Of a stretch of DNA of 45,119 bases, positions 1 to 8,889 are shown one piece after another. The notes beneath the pieces are model-generated. The model did no database searches. It saw nothing but the letters and a program-made list of their open reading frames with translations, and was not told where the DNA came from. Location: sequence record OZ035746.1. One strand, given 5' to 3'. The stretch is from Dhillonvirus LM40P1. The position numbers were made by a program, and so were the translations under genes. Each line of letters starts with the position of its first letter. The stretch's first letter is position 1.

Positions 1-29
1 CGGCGCATATGCATAAAGGGGTTATTATC

Positions 30-581
30 ATGGCAGAAATCAAGGTAAAAGGCCGTCGTGCGAAGTTAGACGGGCGAGTCGCAGTCACTCCACGCCGCAA
101 ACCGGGCGAGCAAACCGAACACACCAATCTCGGACCTGAAATCGAGTACGGCAAACGCCGGAAAGGGGGCAAGTGTGGTCGTCCTACTGATTATCGGTCT
201 GTTTATTGTCGCCAGTTGCGAGATTATTTTGCTTCAGCCGACGCATGGCAAGTCAACTACTCGGACAAGGGTGCGGCGCAAGTTATCCCACGTAACAAGA
301 TGCCAACACTTGGGCGCTTTGCGGCGGAAATCGGGGTAGGCGTAGCATGTCTGTATCGCTGGGCGCGTAAGCACGAAGAATTTGCCGAGGCGATGGCGGA
401 CGCGATGGAACTGCAAAAGACCTTTCTCATGGAAGCGGGTGGCGTGACTATTGCTGCGGGATTTGCTGCATTCCTGCTTAAAGCCAACCACGGCGTACGC
501 GACGATGCACCGCTGGAAGATGACGACGATGATAACGGCGACGTCACTGTGGAGCCAGCCGGTAAAGGGCAGGGCGAGTAA
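30..581 (+). CDS. terminase small subunit (putative, HTH DNA-binding)
   Basis: ORF 9..581; ATG at 30 has an AAGGGG RBS; HTH-like segment TLGRFAAEIGVGVACLYRWARKH; acidic C-terminus; stop overlaps the start of the large terminase (TAATG). Start at 9 or upstream of the window not excluded. Confidence 0.6.
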   Translation: MAEIKVKGRRAKLDGRVAVTPRRKPGEQTEHTNLGPEIEYGKRRKGGKCGRPTDYRSVYCRQLRDYFASADAWQVNYSDKGAAQVIPRNKMPTLGRFAAEIGVGVACLYRWARKHEEFAEAMADAMELQKTFLMEAGGVTIAAGFAAFLLKANHGVRDDAPLEDDDDDNGDVTVEPAGKGQGE

Positions 582-1966
582 TGCGTAACTACGCGGCAGA
601 GCACCGCGCACTAGATCGCAAGCTGGCGAAACGCAACCGTCCGCCTAAACCTACCCGTGTAGCGCAAGCGGTCCGGCTATACCAGCCGGATTGCCTGCCG
701 CACCAGGTAGAGCTACTCCGCGACACGAAGACCAAAATCCTCGGCCTGTGTTCCGGCTTCGGCGGTGGAAAGTCATGGTCGGCGGCCCGTAAAGTCGTCC
801 AGCTTCTGTGCCTGAATCCTGGCTATGACGGCATTGTGACCGAGCCGACAATCCCGCTTCTGGTTAAAATCATGTACCCGGAGCTAGAGAAGTCTTTCGA
901 CGAGGCCGGTTTGCGCTGGAAGTTCAATAAACAGGATAAGATTTATAACGTACTGGTGAAGGGTAAATGGACCCGCGTAATTTGCGAGTCAATGGAGAAC
1001 TACACCCGCTTGATCGGTATTAACGCCGCGTGGATTGTTGCCGATGAGTTCGACACCACGAAGCAGGACGTCGCTATGGCGGCGTATCACAAGCTACTCG
1101 GTCGTTTGCGTGCCGGTAATGTGCGTCAGTTCGTCATCGTATCCACGCCAGAAGGCTTCCGGGCGATGTATCAGATTTTCGAAGTGGAGAAGGATAGCCA
1201 GAAACGTCTGATCCGGGCGAAGACTACCGACAACTTCCACTTACCGCCAGACTTCATCGACACGCTGCGAAGCCAGTACCCGGCAAACCTGATTGACGCA
1301 TACCTGGACGGTAAATTCGTCAACCTTACATCAGGTGCGGTGTACAAGATGTTCGACCGTGAGCAGAACGCCAGTACCGAGGAAGTGCAGCCAGAAGACA
1401 CGCTAATCATTGGCATGGACTTTAACGTCACGAAGATGGCGGCTGTGGTGTACGTCAGACGGCAGCGAGTCACGGAGGCGAAGGAGTTCCGCGACGAAAT
1501 CCACGCAGTCGATGAGTTTGTTGACTTGTTCGATACGCCTGCAATGATTGACGAGATTGAGGCACGCTACCCCGATCATTGTGCTGCCGGTAAGGTGGTG
1601 ATTTACCCGGATAGCAGTGGCAAGTCCCGTAAGACGGTCAACGCGTCCTCTTCGGATATTGCACAACTGGAAGACGCAGGCTTTGAGGTGGAATATGACA
1701 GCGTTAACCCGCCGGTAAAAGACCGCCTGATTGCCATGAATACGATGATGTGTAACTCGAAGGGTGTGCGTCAGTATTTTGTGAATATGGCTAAATGCCC
1801 TACACTGGCAAAATGTTTAGAACAGCAGGTTTACGACCTGAAGAAAGGCGAGCCGGATAAAACGGCCGGTGTGGACCACATGAATGACGCCGCGGGCTAT
1901 CCGATTGTGCACCTGTTCCCTGTGATTCGACCGATTGCCGTTGTTCCGACCGTCGATTTCTACTAA
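581..1966 (+). CDS. terminase large subunit
   Basis: 461-aa ORF directly after the small subunit and before the portal; size and position typical of terL. Family assignment by recognition, not search. Confidence 0.8.
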   Translation: MRNYAAEHRALDRKLAKRNRPPKPTRVAQAVRLYQPDCLPHQVELLRDTKTKILGLCSGFGGGKSWSAARKVVQLLCLNPGYDGIVTEPTIPLLVKIMYPELEKSFDEAGLRWKFNKQDKIYNVLVKGKWTRVICESMENYTRLIGINAAWIVADEFDTTKQDVAMAAYHKLLGRLRAGNVRQFVIVSTPEGFRAMYQIFEVEKDSQKRLIRAKTTDNFHLPPDFIDTLRSQYPANLIDAYLDGKFVNLTSGAVYKMFDREQNASTEEVQPEDTLIIGMDFNVTKMAAVVYVRRQRVTEAKEFRDEIHAVDEFVDLFDTPAMIDEIEARYPDHCAAGKVVIYPDSSGKSRKTVNASSSDIAQLEDAGFEVEYDSVNPPVKDRLIAMNTMMCNSKGVRQYFVNMAKCPTLAKCLEQQVYDLKKGEPDKTAGVDHMNDAAGYPIVHLFPVIRPIAVVPTVDFY

Positions 1967-1978
1967 GAGGATAATTTA

Positions 1979-3499
1979 ATGTCTGTAAACGTGGACAACC
2001 AACACCCACTCTACGCGCGCATTGCGCCTGAGTGGAAGATGATCCGTGACTGCGTTGCAGGTGAAAGGGCCGTTAAAGCGTGCGGCCCGCTTTACTTGCC
2101 GTTTCCGTCCAGTGGCGACAACACCGACCCAAAAGCGAAGGCCCGCTACAATGCATACAAGCAACGTGCGGTCTTCCTGAACGCCACCGCTCGCACGCTT
2201 AACGCGTTGCTGGGTATCGCCTTTGCGAAGCCAGTCACCATGAAGCTGTCCGGTAAAATCGCCGAGCTTATCGACGACGTAGACGGCAGCGGAATGCCAT
2301 TGCCGCAGTTACTGCGTGGAGCGATGTCGGAAGTGCTGCAATCCGGGCGAGCCGGTTTTATGGTGGACTATGACCGCCAGGCGCATTTTGACGAACTGGG
2401 TAACGTCGTGCCGCAAACCGCCGCAGAGATGGCGATGCACCGTCCGCTCATTAAGCTGTACACGGCAGAGCAGATCATCAACTGGCGACAGACACACGGG
2501 CAGGACACCTTGATCGTGCTGAAAGAGTGCGACGAAATCAGCACCGAAGATACCGACGATTTCGCAAACCACGAAGTTACGATATGGACCGAGCTACGAA
2601 TGGTCAACGGCAAAGCACACGCCCGCCGCTGGTTTTTCAACGCAGACACGTCCGAAGTGCAGATGGATTTACCGCGTGGCTTTACCAAAACCGACCTGGT
2701 GCCGCTGGTAGATTCTGCCGGTCGCGCACTGGATAGCCTGCCGTTTTGCTGGTGTGGTGCAGTCGATAACAACGCCACACCGGACGCCGCGCCGCTGGCT
2801 GATATTGCGTCCATCAACATTAAGCACTACAACGCCGAAGCGGACGTTGCTGAGATTGCGCACATCGTAGGCCAGCCGACGCTAATCACTACCGGTCTGA
2901 CCCAATCATGGGCCGATAAAAACCTGAAGGGTGGTATCGCGCTCGGTGCGACGAAGGGTGTTATCTTGGGCCAGAACATGGACGCCAAACTGCTTCAGGC
3001 CGAAGAACGCAACCTGTCCGTGGCATTGTGTGAACGCCGTGAGAAACAGATGGCTAAACTCGGTGCGGCGCTGGTGGAGAAGGGGAGCGCACCTAAAACG
3101 GCAACAGAAGCGGCCTACGACGCGCAGACTGATAACAGTATCTTGTCGCTGATTGCCGGTAACGTTGAGAAGGCATTCAACAAGGCGCTTCAGATCGTGC
3201 AGTTGTTCACTGGTGACACCGCCGAGCAGACTGTAACCCTGAACAAGTTCTACACCGAAATCACGGTGGATGCGCAGTTGATGACCGCAATGATGAGCGG
3301 TGTACAGACTGGGACGGTCCGTCTTTCTGATTTCATCAAATGGATGATGGCACAGGGTGTAATCGACGATTCGCAGACTGTAGACCAGGTGGAAGACGAC
3401 TTGCGGAATCAGAATCCGTTGCCGCAAATGTCACCGGATGCGGTAAACTTGGACGATGACGAATCGGACAAGGTAGATGACGATGCCGAGGAAAATTAA
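1979..3499 (+). CDS. portal protein
   Basis: 506-aa ORF after terL with GAGGA RBS; acidic C-terminus; canonical terL-portal-minor head order. Confidence 0.75.
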   Translation: MSVNVDNQHPLYARIAPEWKMIRDCVAGERAVKACGPLYLPFPSSGDNTDPKAKARYNAYKQRAVFLNATARTLNALLGIAFAKPVTMKLSGKIAELIDDVDGSGMPLPQLLRGAMSEVLQSGRAGFMVDYDRQAHFDELGNVVPQTAAEMAMHRPLIKLYTAEQIINWRQTHGQDTLIVLKECDEISTEDTDDFANHEVTIWTELRMVNGKAHARRWFFNADTSEVQMDLPRGFTKTDLVPLVDSAGRALDSLPFCWCGAVDNNATPDAAPLADIASINIKHYNAEADVAEIAHIVGQPTLITTGLTQSWADKNLKGGIALGATKGVILGQNMDAKLLQAEERNLSVALCERREKQMAKLGAALVEKGSAPKTATEAAYDAQTDNSILSLIAGNVEKAFNKALQIVQLFTGDTAEQTVTLNKFYTEITVDAQLMTAMMSGVQTGTVRLSDFIKWMMAQGVIDDSQTVDQVEDDLRNQNPLPQMSPDAVNLDDDESDKVDDDAEEN

Positions 3500-4586
3500 C
3501 CAACGACTGGCGGATCGCATGATTCGCCGTCACATCTTCACCCAGCGCCTGAGCAATGAGCAGGCGCGTAAAGTGCTGGCAATGTGGCAAAAATTCCGTC
3601 CTACGTTACTGGGTAAGCTGACCGAATTACTTGAGGGCAAGAAGTCAATGAGCAATAAGGCGCTTACCACTCTGCTAACCCAAATCGACAAAACGGTTAA
3701 GACCGAACTGCGCGACGAGTTTAAAGTGCTGGCTGAAGGTCTGGCGGAGTTTGCCGATACCGAGGCTGAATATCTGACCGACACATTAACGGCAGCACTG
3801 CAACCTGCGCTTTCAGTCCCTGCCGTTGAGGTGGTTGGTGTAGTGACCGGTGCGCAGATTGCAGCGACGGCTATGAAAAATCCATTCCAGGGCAACACGC
3901 TTATGCAATGGCCTGATTCTCTGTCAGAATGGACCAGAACGCAGATCAGCAATCAGGTGCGCGCCGGATTTATCCAGGGCAAACCTACTATGCAAATTAT
4001 TGCGGACGTCAAGCGCGCGTTGGGCGGTCGTAGCGCGCAGGCCATTTCAAGCGTGGTCAAGTCCGCAGTCAACCACTATGCGGCGACCGCACGCGAATTA
4101 ATGGTAAAAGCAAATGATGATATTCTCGACTGTCGCCAGTGGCTTTCTACACTGGATACTCACACCTCAACGCTCTGTCAGTTACGCGATCGCCTGTTTT
4201 ATCCGGTTGATGTTACCCCCGAAACAAAAGGGAAACGGGACGGGAAAGTGGTGGCTGGATCACAGTATGGCGCTGGTCCGGGCAAGCTACATTATTGTTG
4301 CCGTTCTACCGAGACGTGGAAAGTCAAGGGTATGGAAGATTGGCCCAGTGGTAAGCGTCCGGCACTGAAGGCCGAAGCGGGTAAACTGCTAAGTGAGCAG
4401 GTCAGTGCTAAGACGGACTTCTTCTCCTGGGTACAGCGCCAGCCGCGGCATATCCTTGAGGAATTATACGGAGTGCAGCGCGCGGACCAGATCCTGCGAG
4501 GCGTGAAAGTTCCGACCATGTTTAACGACGCGGGCGAGCTTATGACGATTCAACAACTGAAAAATAAGGGGTTATGGCGTGATTAA
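3477..4586 (+). CDS. minor head / head morphogenesis protein (Mu F / SPP1 gp7-like)
   Basis: 369-aa ORF overlapping the portal 3' end; segment CRQWLSTLDTHTSTLCQLRD resembles the conserved F-like motif; position after portal. Confidence 0.55.
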   Translation: MTMPRKINQRLADRMIRRHIFTQRLSNEQARKVLAMWQKFRPTLLGKLTELLEGKKSMSNKALTTLLTQIDKTVKTELRDEFKVLAEGLAEFADTEAEYLTDTLTAALQPALSVPAVEVVGVVTGAQIAATAMKNPFQGNTLMQWPDSLSEWTRTQISNQVRAGFIQGKPTMQIIADVKRALGGRSAQAISSVVKSAVNHYAATARELMVKANDDILDCRQWLSTLDTHTSTLCQLRDRLFYPVDVTPETKGKRDGKVVAGSQYGAGPGKLHYCCRSTETWKVKGMEDWPSGKRPALKAEAGKLLSEQVSAKTDFFSWVQRQPRHILEELYGVQRADQILRGVKVPTMFNDAGELMTIQQLKNKGLWRD

Positions 4587-4887
4587 ATACGCAGCAGTCG
4601 GATTGATTCTCGGCCTTGTAATTGGGTTCTGGCAAGGTGACAACTATCGTGCTGGCGTGGTGGCGGAGGCGGCGCAGGAAGCGCAAGCCAAAGCCCAACG
4701 GCAGCAAACTAAGGTAATCCATGAGTCGGTACAGAAAGAGCAGGCCCGCGAAGTGGAGTTCCGCACAGTTGAGAAAGAGGTGATTAAATATGTCACGCGT
4801 CCTGATCGCGATAATTGTAAGTTTGATGCTGACCGCGTGCGGATCAAGCAACGTGCCGTTGATGCCGCTAACGGAATCAGCAATTAA
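4579..4887 (+). CDS. i-spanin (Rz-like), putative
   Basis: GTG start with AAGGGG RBS; N-terminal TM helix AAVGLILGLVIGFW followed by a charged coiled-coil-like region; overlaps a lipoprotein ORF in another frame. Confidence 0.5.
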   Translation: MIKYAAVGLILGLVIGFWQGDNYRAGVVAEAAQEAQAKAQRQQTKVIHESVQKEQAREVEFRTVEKEVIKYVTRPDRDNCKFDADRVRIKQRAVDAANGISN

Positions 4888-5020
4888 GCCGCCGTGTAAG
4901 TTTGAGTCGCCATCGGAAGATCCGGACGAAGATTTAGCGATTGATGTGCGAAATATGAAATGCGGGGCGGAGTTAAGGGCACAAGTGCTGGATTTGCAGA
5001 AATTAATTAAGGGGCCGTAA
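4790..5020 (+). CDS. o-spanin (Rz1-like outer-membrane lipoprotein), putative
   Basis: Signal peptide with lipobox LTAC (MSRVLIAIIVSLMLTACGSS); starts inside the 3' end of the Rz-like ORF in a different frame (overlapped spanin architecture); GAGGTGA RBS. Confidence 0.55.
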   Translation: MSRVLIAIIVSLMLTACGSSNVPLMPLTESAIKPPCKFESPSEDPDEDLAIDVRNMKCGAELRAQVLDLQKLIKGP

Positions 5021-5030
5021 TGGCCCCTTT
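5011..5030. terminator. hairpin terminator between convergent genes
   Basis: GGGGCCGTAATGGCCCC stem-loop followed by TTT; sits between the plus-strand Rz1 stop and the minus-strand gene stop at 5034; A/T-rich flank on the other strand. Confidence 0.55.
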
Positions 5031-5033
5031 CTA

Positions 5034-5795
5034 TTAGCGCGGAATACCGCAGATTTCGTTTAGTGTCTTCACGTCAAGCGCTACTGCCGTTGACTTCTTC
5101 TCTTCCTGCGGGATGAACTGTTTCACTTCAGGCCATGCCTTAATAAGTTTGGTGTCTGTAGTGTACTTATTCAGAGTACCCATAACTGACAATTTAAACT
5201 CATCGTATTTAGCACGTAAATCGCGGCGCGCCTTGTCGTTCTTATCCAGACGTTTGCAAAATTCATGCTCTGCCGGGTAATCTGCACGACCGCGAGGCTT
5301 GTAGATCGGCACTTGCTCACCTTCCGCGTTAATTTCCACCAGCGCCGTAAGTAGCGCAGTTTCAAACCCAGGTACGATTTCGCCAATGTCCGGGGCCATC
5401 GAGTTATTGTAGCGGTCTTCCCAGTAGCCTCGGTGACAGCGGCTGCTGTAGTTATCACCGCTCAATGACAGTGTGCGGATGTTACCACCCATGTTGACTT
5501 CGAACGTTGCATCGTACACAGCACCAATGCCGTGGGGCATGTCCTTGTTATGGCTGAAGGTTGCACGGCTGGCGTACACGCTTATGCTAAACATGCCGTT
5601 ATTTGTGTCTTGATAGCTGCGCATCATTTTCTGCAACCCAACGAAGCTGGTAACACCTTTCGGCATCTGATCCAGAGTGATATCCAGCGCCAGGTCGCGC
5701 GATTCGGTCATTAACTTTTTGGCCTGCTTCGTGATTTCGTGGCCTGCCAGGATGTTAGCCAGGATTTGCTTTTTAATGTCTTTAGTCAGTCTCAT
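5034..5795 (-). CDS. hypothetical protein (antisense gene inside the head module)
   Basis: ORF 5034..5858; start placed at ATG 5795 (MRLTKDIKK) with GAGGAAA RBS because the promoter at 5826-5854 overlaps the longer ORF; no recognisable domain. Confidence 0.6.
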   Translation of the reverse strand: MRLTKDIKKQILANILAGHEITKQAKKLMTESRDLALDITLDQMPKGVTSFVGLQKMMRSYQDTNNGMFSISVYASRATFSHNKDMPHGIGAVYDATFEVNMGGNIRTLSLSGDNYSSRCHRGYWEDRYNNSMAPDIGEIVPGFETALLTALVEINAEGEQVPIYKPRGRADYPAEHEFCKRLDKNDKARRDLRAKYDEFKLSVMGTLNKYTTDTKLIKAWPEVKQFIPQEEKKSTAVALDVKTLNEICGIPR

Positions 5796-5825
5796 TGTTG
5801 TTTCCTCGTTTGTTGGTGTGCAACC

Positions 5826-5854
5826 AATATATTGCAACCAATTAGCCAATGCAA
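5826..5854 (-). promoter_or_regulatory. sigma70-like promoter TTGCAT-N17-TATATT (recurring promoter family)
   Basis: Minus-strand reading: TTGCAT (5854..5849), 17-nt spacer containing ATTGGTTGCA, TATATT (5831..5826); about 30 nt upstream of the ATG at 5795. Confidence 0.5.
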
Positions 5855-5861
5855 GCAAATT

Positions 5862-5889
5862 TTGTGATTATTTTTATCACTGATAATAT
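5862..5889 (+). promoter_or_regulatory. candidate sigma70 promoter TTGTGA-N16-TAATAT for scaffold/capsid genes
   Basis: Hexamers at 5862-5867 and 5884-5889, divergent from the minus-strand promoter; upstream of the ATG at 5945. Confidence 0.35.
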
Positions 5890-5944
5890 TAAGGGCGTGA
5901 AGTCGAGCGGGTGGCCCGCTCTGCCACAATCCCTGGGGGATGTT

Positions 5945-6649
5945 ATGAAACTGACTAAAGCAGAATATGACGCGTTGCCTGAAGGCATGAAAGCATTGTT
6001 TGTTGCCGATGGTGACGGGTACAAGGCGACGTTTATGACCGCCGAAGAAGTACAGGCCGAGATCAAAGGTCTGAAGGATAACAACGCGAAGCTGGTAGGC
6101 GAGAAAAAGGCAGAAGCCGAACGCCGTGCCGAAGCGGAGCGACTCGCTAAAGAGAAAGAGGAAGCCGCAGCGCGCAAGAACGGCGACCTTGAAGCGATCG
6201 ATAAGTCCTGGCAGGACAAGTTTACTAAATACGATGCGGATACGAAGGGCAAAATCGAAGCCTACCGCAAACAGATTCACGATCTTACCATCGGCAGCAC
6301 TGCCAAAGACCTGGCATCAAAGCTGTTCGGTAAGAACGCTGGCATTATGCAACGCCACGTCATGGACCGCCTTGCGCTGGAAGAAGGCGAAGACGGCAGT
6401 CTGAAAGTGCGCGTATTGCAGGACGGCAAACCATCCGCACTGACTATGGAAGAACTGGAGAAAGAGTTCCGTAGTAACGAAGATTTCGCGTCCGTCCTGG
6501 CGGGTACGCCTGCCGGTGGTGCGCCGAGCAAACCGACCCATGTAATCGACGATCCGAAATCTAAGATTCAGATGGGTCATAGCTTCGGCATCACTGACTT
6601 GACCAAACAGGCCAGCGATATTATCGCCAAACTGGGCGACGACGAGTAA
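5945..6649 (+). CDS. head scaffolding protein (putative)
   Basis: ORF 5849..6649; ATG 5945 with GGGGGA RBS; charged helical sequence (AEAERRAEAERLAKEKEEAAARK); lies immediately upstream of the major capsid gene. Confidence 0.5.
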   Translation: MKLTKAEYDALPEGMKALFVADGDGYKATFMTAEEVQAEIKGLKDNNAKLVGEKKAEAERRAEAERLAKEKEEAAARKNGDLEAIDKSWQDKFTKYDADTKGKIEAYRKQIHDLTIGSTAKDLASKLFGKNAGIMQRHVMDRLALEEGEDGSLKVRVLQDGKPSALTMEELEKEFRSNEDFASVLAGTPAGGAPSKPTHVIDDPKSKIQMGHSFGITDLTKQASDIIAKLGDDE

Positions 6650-6654
6650 GCAGG

Positions 6655-6678
6655 TTGCCCGCGAAAGCGGGCAATTTT
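6655..6678 (+). terminator. intrinsic terminator (weak, between scaffold and capsid)
   Basis: TTGCCCGC-GAAA-GCGGGCAA hairpin followed by TTTT. Confidence 0.5.
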
Positions 6679-6746
6679 GCGAGCGTGAAAAATTAGGGTA
6701 ACATTAAAAGCACTGGGCGATTGCTCTCTACTCAAAGGATAAACTT

Positions 6747-7868
6747 ATGTCTTTAACAGTGTTCCAGCGTAAACTCGTCACCGCGGTTACGCAAATGATC
6801 CCCGACAACTTGAACGTCTTCAACGCTGCCGCTAACGGCGCGGTCGTTCTCGGTACTGGCGAAGTGCTGAAAGATGTTGTCGAGAAGATGTCTGTAGGTC
6901 TGATCGCCAACCTGGTGTCTGACCGTAACGCATATGCCCCGGTTGGTACTCCTGCCGATGCGAAAGTGCTGGCGCGTATGCTGACCAACTCCGTTAACCT
7001 GTCCGCGAAAGTCGGTCCTGTTGCAATCACCAAAGCTATGATGGCTAAAATCGAAACCAACGTTAACAGCGTTGCGGCTGAGATTGCGGCACAGGCTACT
7101 CAAGCTATCTTGCTGCACTACCTGAAAGCGGGTATCGGCGCTGGTAAAGCTGCGATCGACTCTAACGCTGCGGCGAAATATACCCAACCTGCGCGCGTTG
7201 ACGGTGTAGGCGGTCGTACCTTCCCGACCCTGGCAGACTTCCCGCTGGCGGCGGCTAAGTTCGGCGATCAGGCATCTCTGATTAAGTCCTGGTTTATGGA
7301 CGGTGTGACCTGGGCTAACTTCATTGCATATCAGGCGCTGCCTTCTGCTGAGCAGGTGTTCGCGATCGGCGACCTTCAGGTAATGGGTGATGGCTTAGGC
7401 CGCCGCTTTATTATCTCCGATGCCGCTGCCGATGCAATGGGCGCTGGCAAAATGCTGGGTCTTGTTCCGGGCGCGGTAGCAGTTACTACCAACGGTCTGG
7501 ATATGCTGGCGCAGGAGCGTGGTGGTAACGAGAACATCGAGCGCTGGTGGCAGGGTGAGTTTGACTTTAACGTCGCTGTTAAAGGCTATCGCATGACCGC
7601 GGCAGCACGCGCAGGCGTTGAAGGCGTCCGTTCCTTCAAACTGGCTGATATTACCAATACCAGTAACTGGGAACTGGATCAGGGCCAGGTCGATAACGCG
7701 CCGTACACTACCTACGACGTTGGCGGCACGGATACTGAAGAGGGATCTACCACTTCACTGAAAGAGAAAGGTCGTCGTCGTAAGCAGGACGCGCAGGCCG
7801 TACCGACCCGCCACATCAAGGAAACTGCCGGTGTGTTGGTAACTCTGACGGCAACCACCGCATCTTAA
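6747..7868 (+). CDS. major capsid protein (putative)
   Basis: 373-aa ORF after the scaffold gene, AAAGGA RBS, followed by a strong terminator; position typical of the major head gene. Confidence 0.65.
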   Translation: MSLTVFQRKLVTAVTQMIPDNLNVFNAAANGAVVLGTGEVLKDVVEKMSVGLIANLVSDRNAYAPVGTPADAKVLARMLTNSVNLSAKVGPVAITKAMMAKIETNVNSVAAEIAAQATQAILLHYLKAGIGAGKAAIDSNAAAKYTQPARVDGVGGRTFPTLADFPLAAAKFGDQASLIKSWFMDGVTWANFIAYQALPSAEQVFAIGDLQVMGDGLGRRFIISDAAADAMGAGKMLGLVPGAVAVTTNGLDMLAQERGGNENIERWWQGEFDFNVAVKGYRMTAAARAGVEGVRSFKLADITNTSNWELDQGQVDNAPYTTYDVGGTDTEEGSTTSLKEKGRRRKQDAQAVPTRHIKETAGVLVTLTATTAS

Positions 7869-7887
7869 TCGGTGCATACCCAAACGG

Positions 7888-7911
7888 GGCGGGCTTAAGC
7901 CCGCCTTTTTT
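7888..7911 (+). terminator. intrinsic terminator after capsid gene
   Basis: GGCGGGC-TTAA-GCCCGCC hairpin followed by TTTTTT. Confidence 0.7.
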
Positions 7912-7925
7912 ATAGGAGCAATATC

Positions 7926-8426
7926 ATGTATGGCGACCCACAAACATTTGTAGATTATGCCAACGCGCGAGGCGTAGAAGTCACATTGGGAGATGCAACG
8001 CAGCACTTGACCGTCGTTAACGACTTCCTGAACGGCCTCGACTGGATCGGCGACCCTGCGGACCATCTCGGCGTCGATGCGTGGCCTCGTATGAATTTCA
8101 CCTCCGACGGTAAGCCAATCCGCGAAACGGACACGCTTGACATCACCACTATTCCGAAAGGCCAGCAAGTCGAGTTTTCTGCAATTCCCGTTGCCGTTGA
8201 GCAGGCGGTTTATCGACTTGCCTTGCTGGTGGCGGACGGCATTGATATTTCACCCATCGGCGGTGGTAAAGAAACAATCCGCGAAACGGTTGGCCCGATT
8301 ACGATGGAATATGACCCGTCTACCTTTGGCGGTTATGTTTCGTTCCCGTGGTGGGACGGTATGCTGAGCTACTGGTTGAACACCGAAGGCAACGCAGCCG
8401 GTAACTTTGACGTATACAGAGGTTGA
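7926..8426 (+). CDS. hypothetical virion protein (head-tail interface region)
   Basis: 166-aa ORF with TAGGAG RBS, between capsid and neck/tail genes. Confidence 0.45.
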   Translation: MYGDPQTFVDYANARGVEVTLGDATQHLTVVNDFLNGLDWIGDPADHLGVDAWPRMNFTSDGKPIRETDTLDITTIPKGQQVEFSAIPVAVEQAVYRLALLVADGIDISPIGGGKETIRETVGPITMEYDPSTFGGYVSFPWWDGMLSYWLNTEGNAAGNFDVYRG

Positions 8427-8428
8427 TT

Positions 8429-8548
8429 ATGAATCCTGCAATCATCGTAGCGATGCTGGCGGCGTTGGCTACTAAAGAAGACGAGCCAGAAGTAGAACAA
8501 CCGGAGCCGGAACAACCAGAAGGAGGCGAAGAGGATGGCGGGCTTTGA
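8429..8548 (+). CDS. small hypothetical protein (39 aa), uncertain
   Basis: ATG 8429 with GAGG RBS; hydrophobic N-terminus then acidic PE-rich tail; missed by the ORF track (under 60 aa); overlaps the next gene start. Confidence 0.2.
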   Translation: MNPAIIVAMLAALATKEDEPEVEQPEPEQPEGGEEDGGL

Positions 8549-8888
8549 CTATCGGGCGTTGAAACGGAAAGTTAATCCGTTGATTAAGAAATTTGGCATG
8601 AAGGTGATGGCATCACGTCCAGGCGGCGTGGTGCGCGTGGGCGGCGAGGAAGTGGTGACGCCGCCGTTATCGTTTGAAATCGTCGGCCTGCGTGAAGAAT
8701 ACAAGCCGCATGAGATCGACGGAACGCGTGTCCTTTCCGGGGACGTTAAATTTTTATGCCAGGCTACCGAGCAGTTGCAGGTTGGTGACACGGTTAATCT
8801 GAATAACATCGACTACCGCGTGGTGAATCCTAACCCCCTGCAACCGGCAGCTACAACAATGCTGTTCCAGTTACAGCTAAGGGGCTAA
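8535..8888 (+). CDS. hypothetical head-tail joining protein
   Basis: 117-aa ORF with strong AGGAGG RBS; position in the neck module. Confidence 0.45.
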   Translation: MAGFDYRALKRKVNPLIKKFGMKVMASRPGGVVRVGGEEVVTPPLSFEIVGLREEYKPHEIDGTRVLSGDVKFLCQATEQLQVGDTVNLNNIDYRVVNPNPLQPAATTMLFQLQLRG

Positions 8889-8889
8889 C

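Noticed and set aside
234-611. Minus-strand ORFs antisense to the terminase small subunit gene
   Set aside because: They overlap the terS coding region with Ser-rich or junk-like composition and no RBS.
5796-5858. N-terminal extension of the antisense gene to the first Met of ORF 5034..5858
   Set aside because: The extension would overlap the promoter at 5826-5854. The internal ATG 5795 has a GAGGAAA RBS.
5849-5944. N-terminal extension of the scaffold ORF (start at 5849)
   Set aside because: The extension overlaps the divergent promoter region and has no RBS. ATG 5945 has a GGGGGA RBS.
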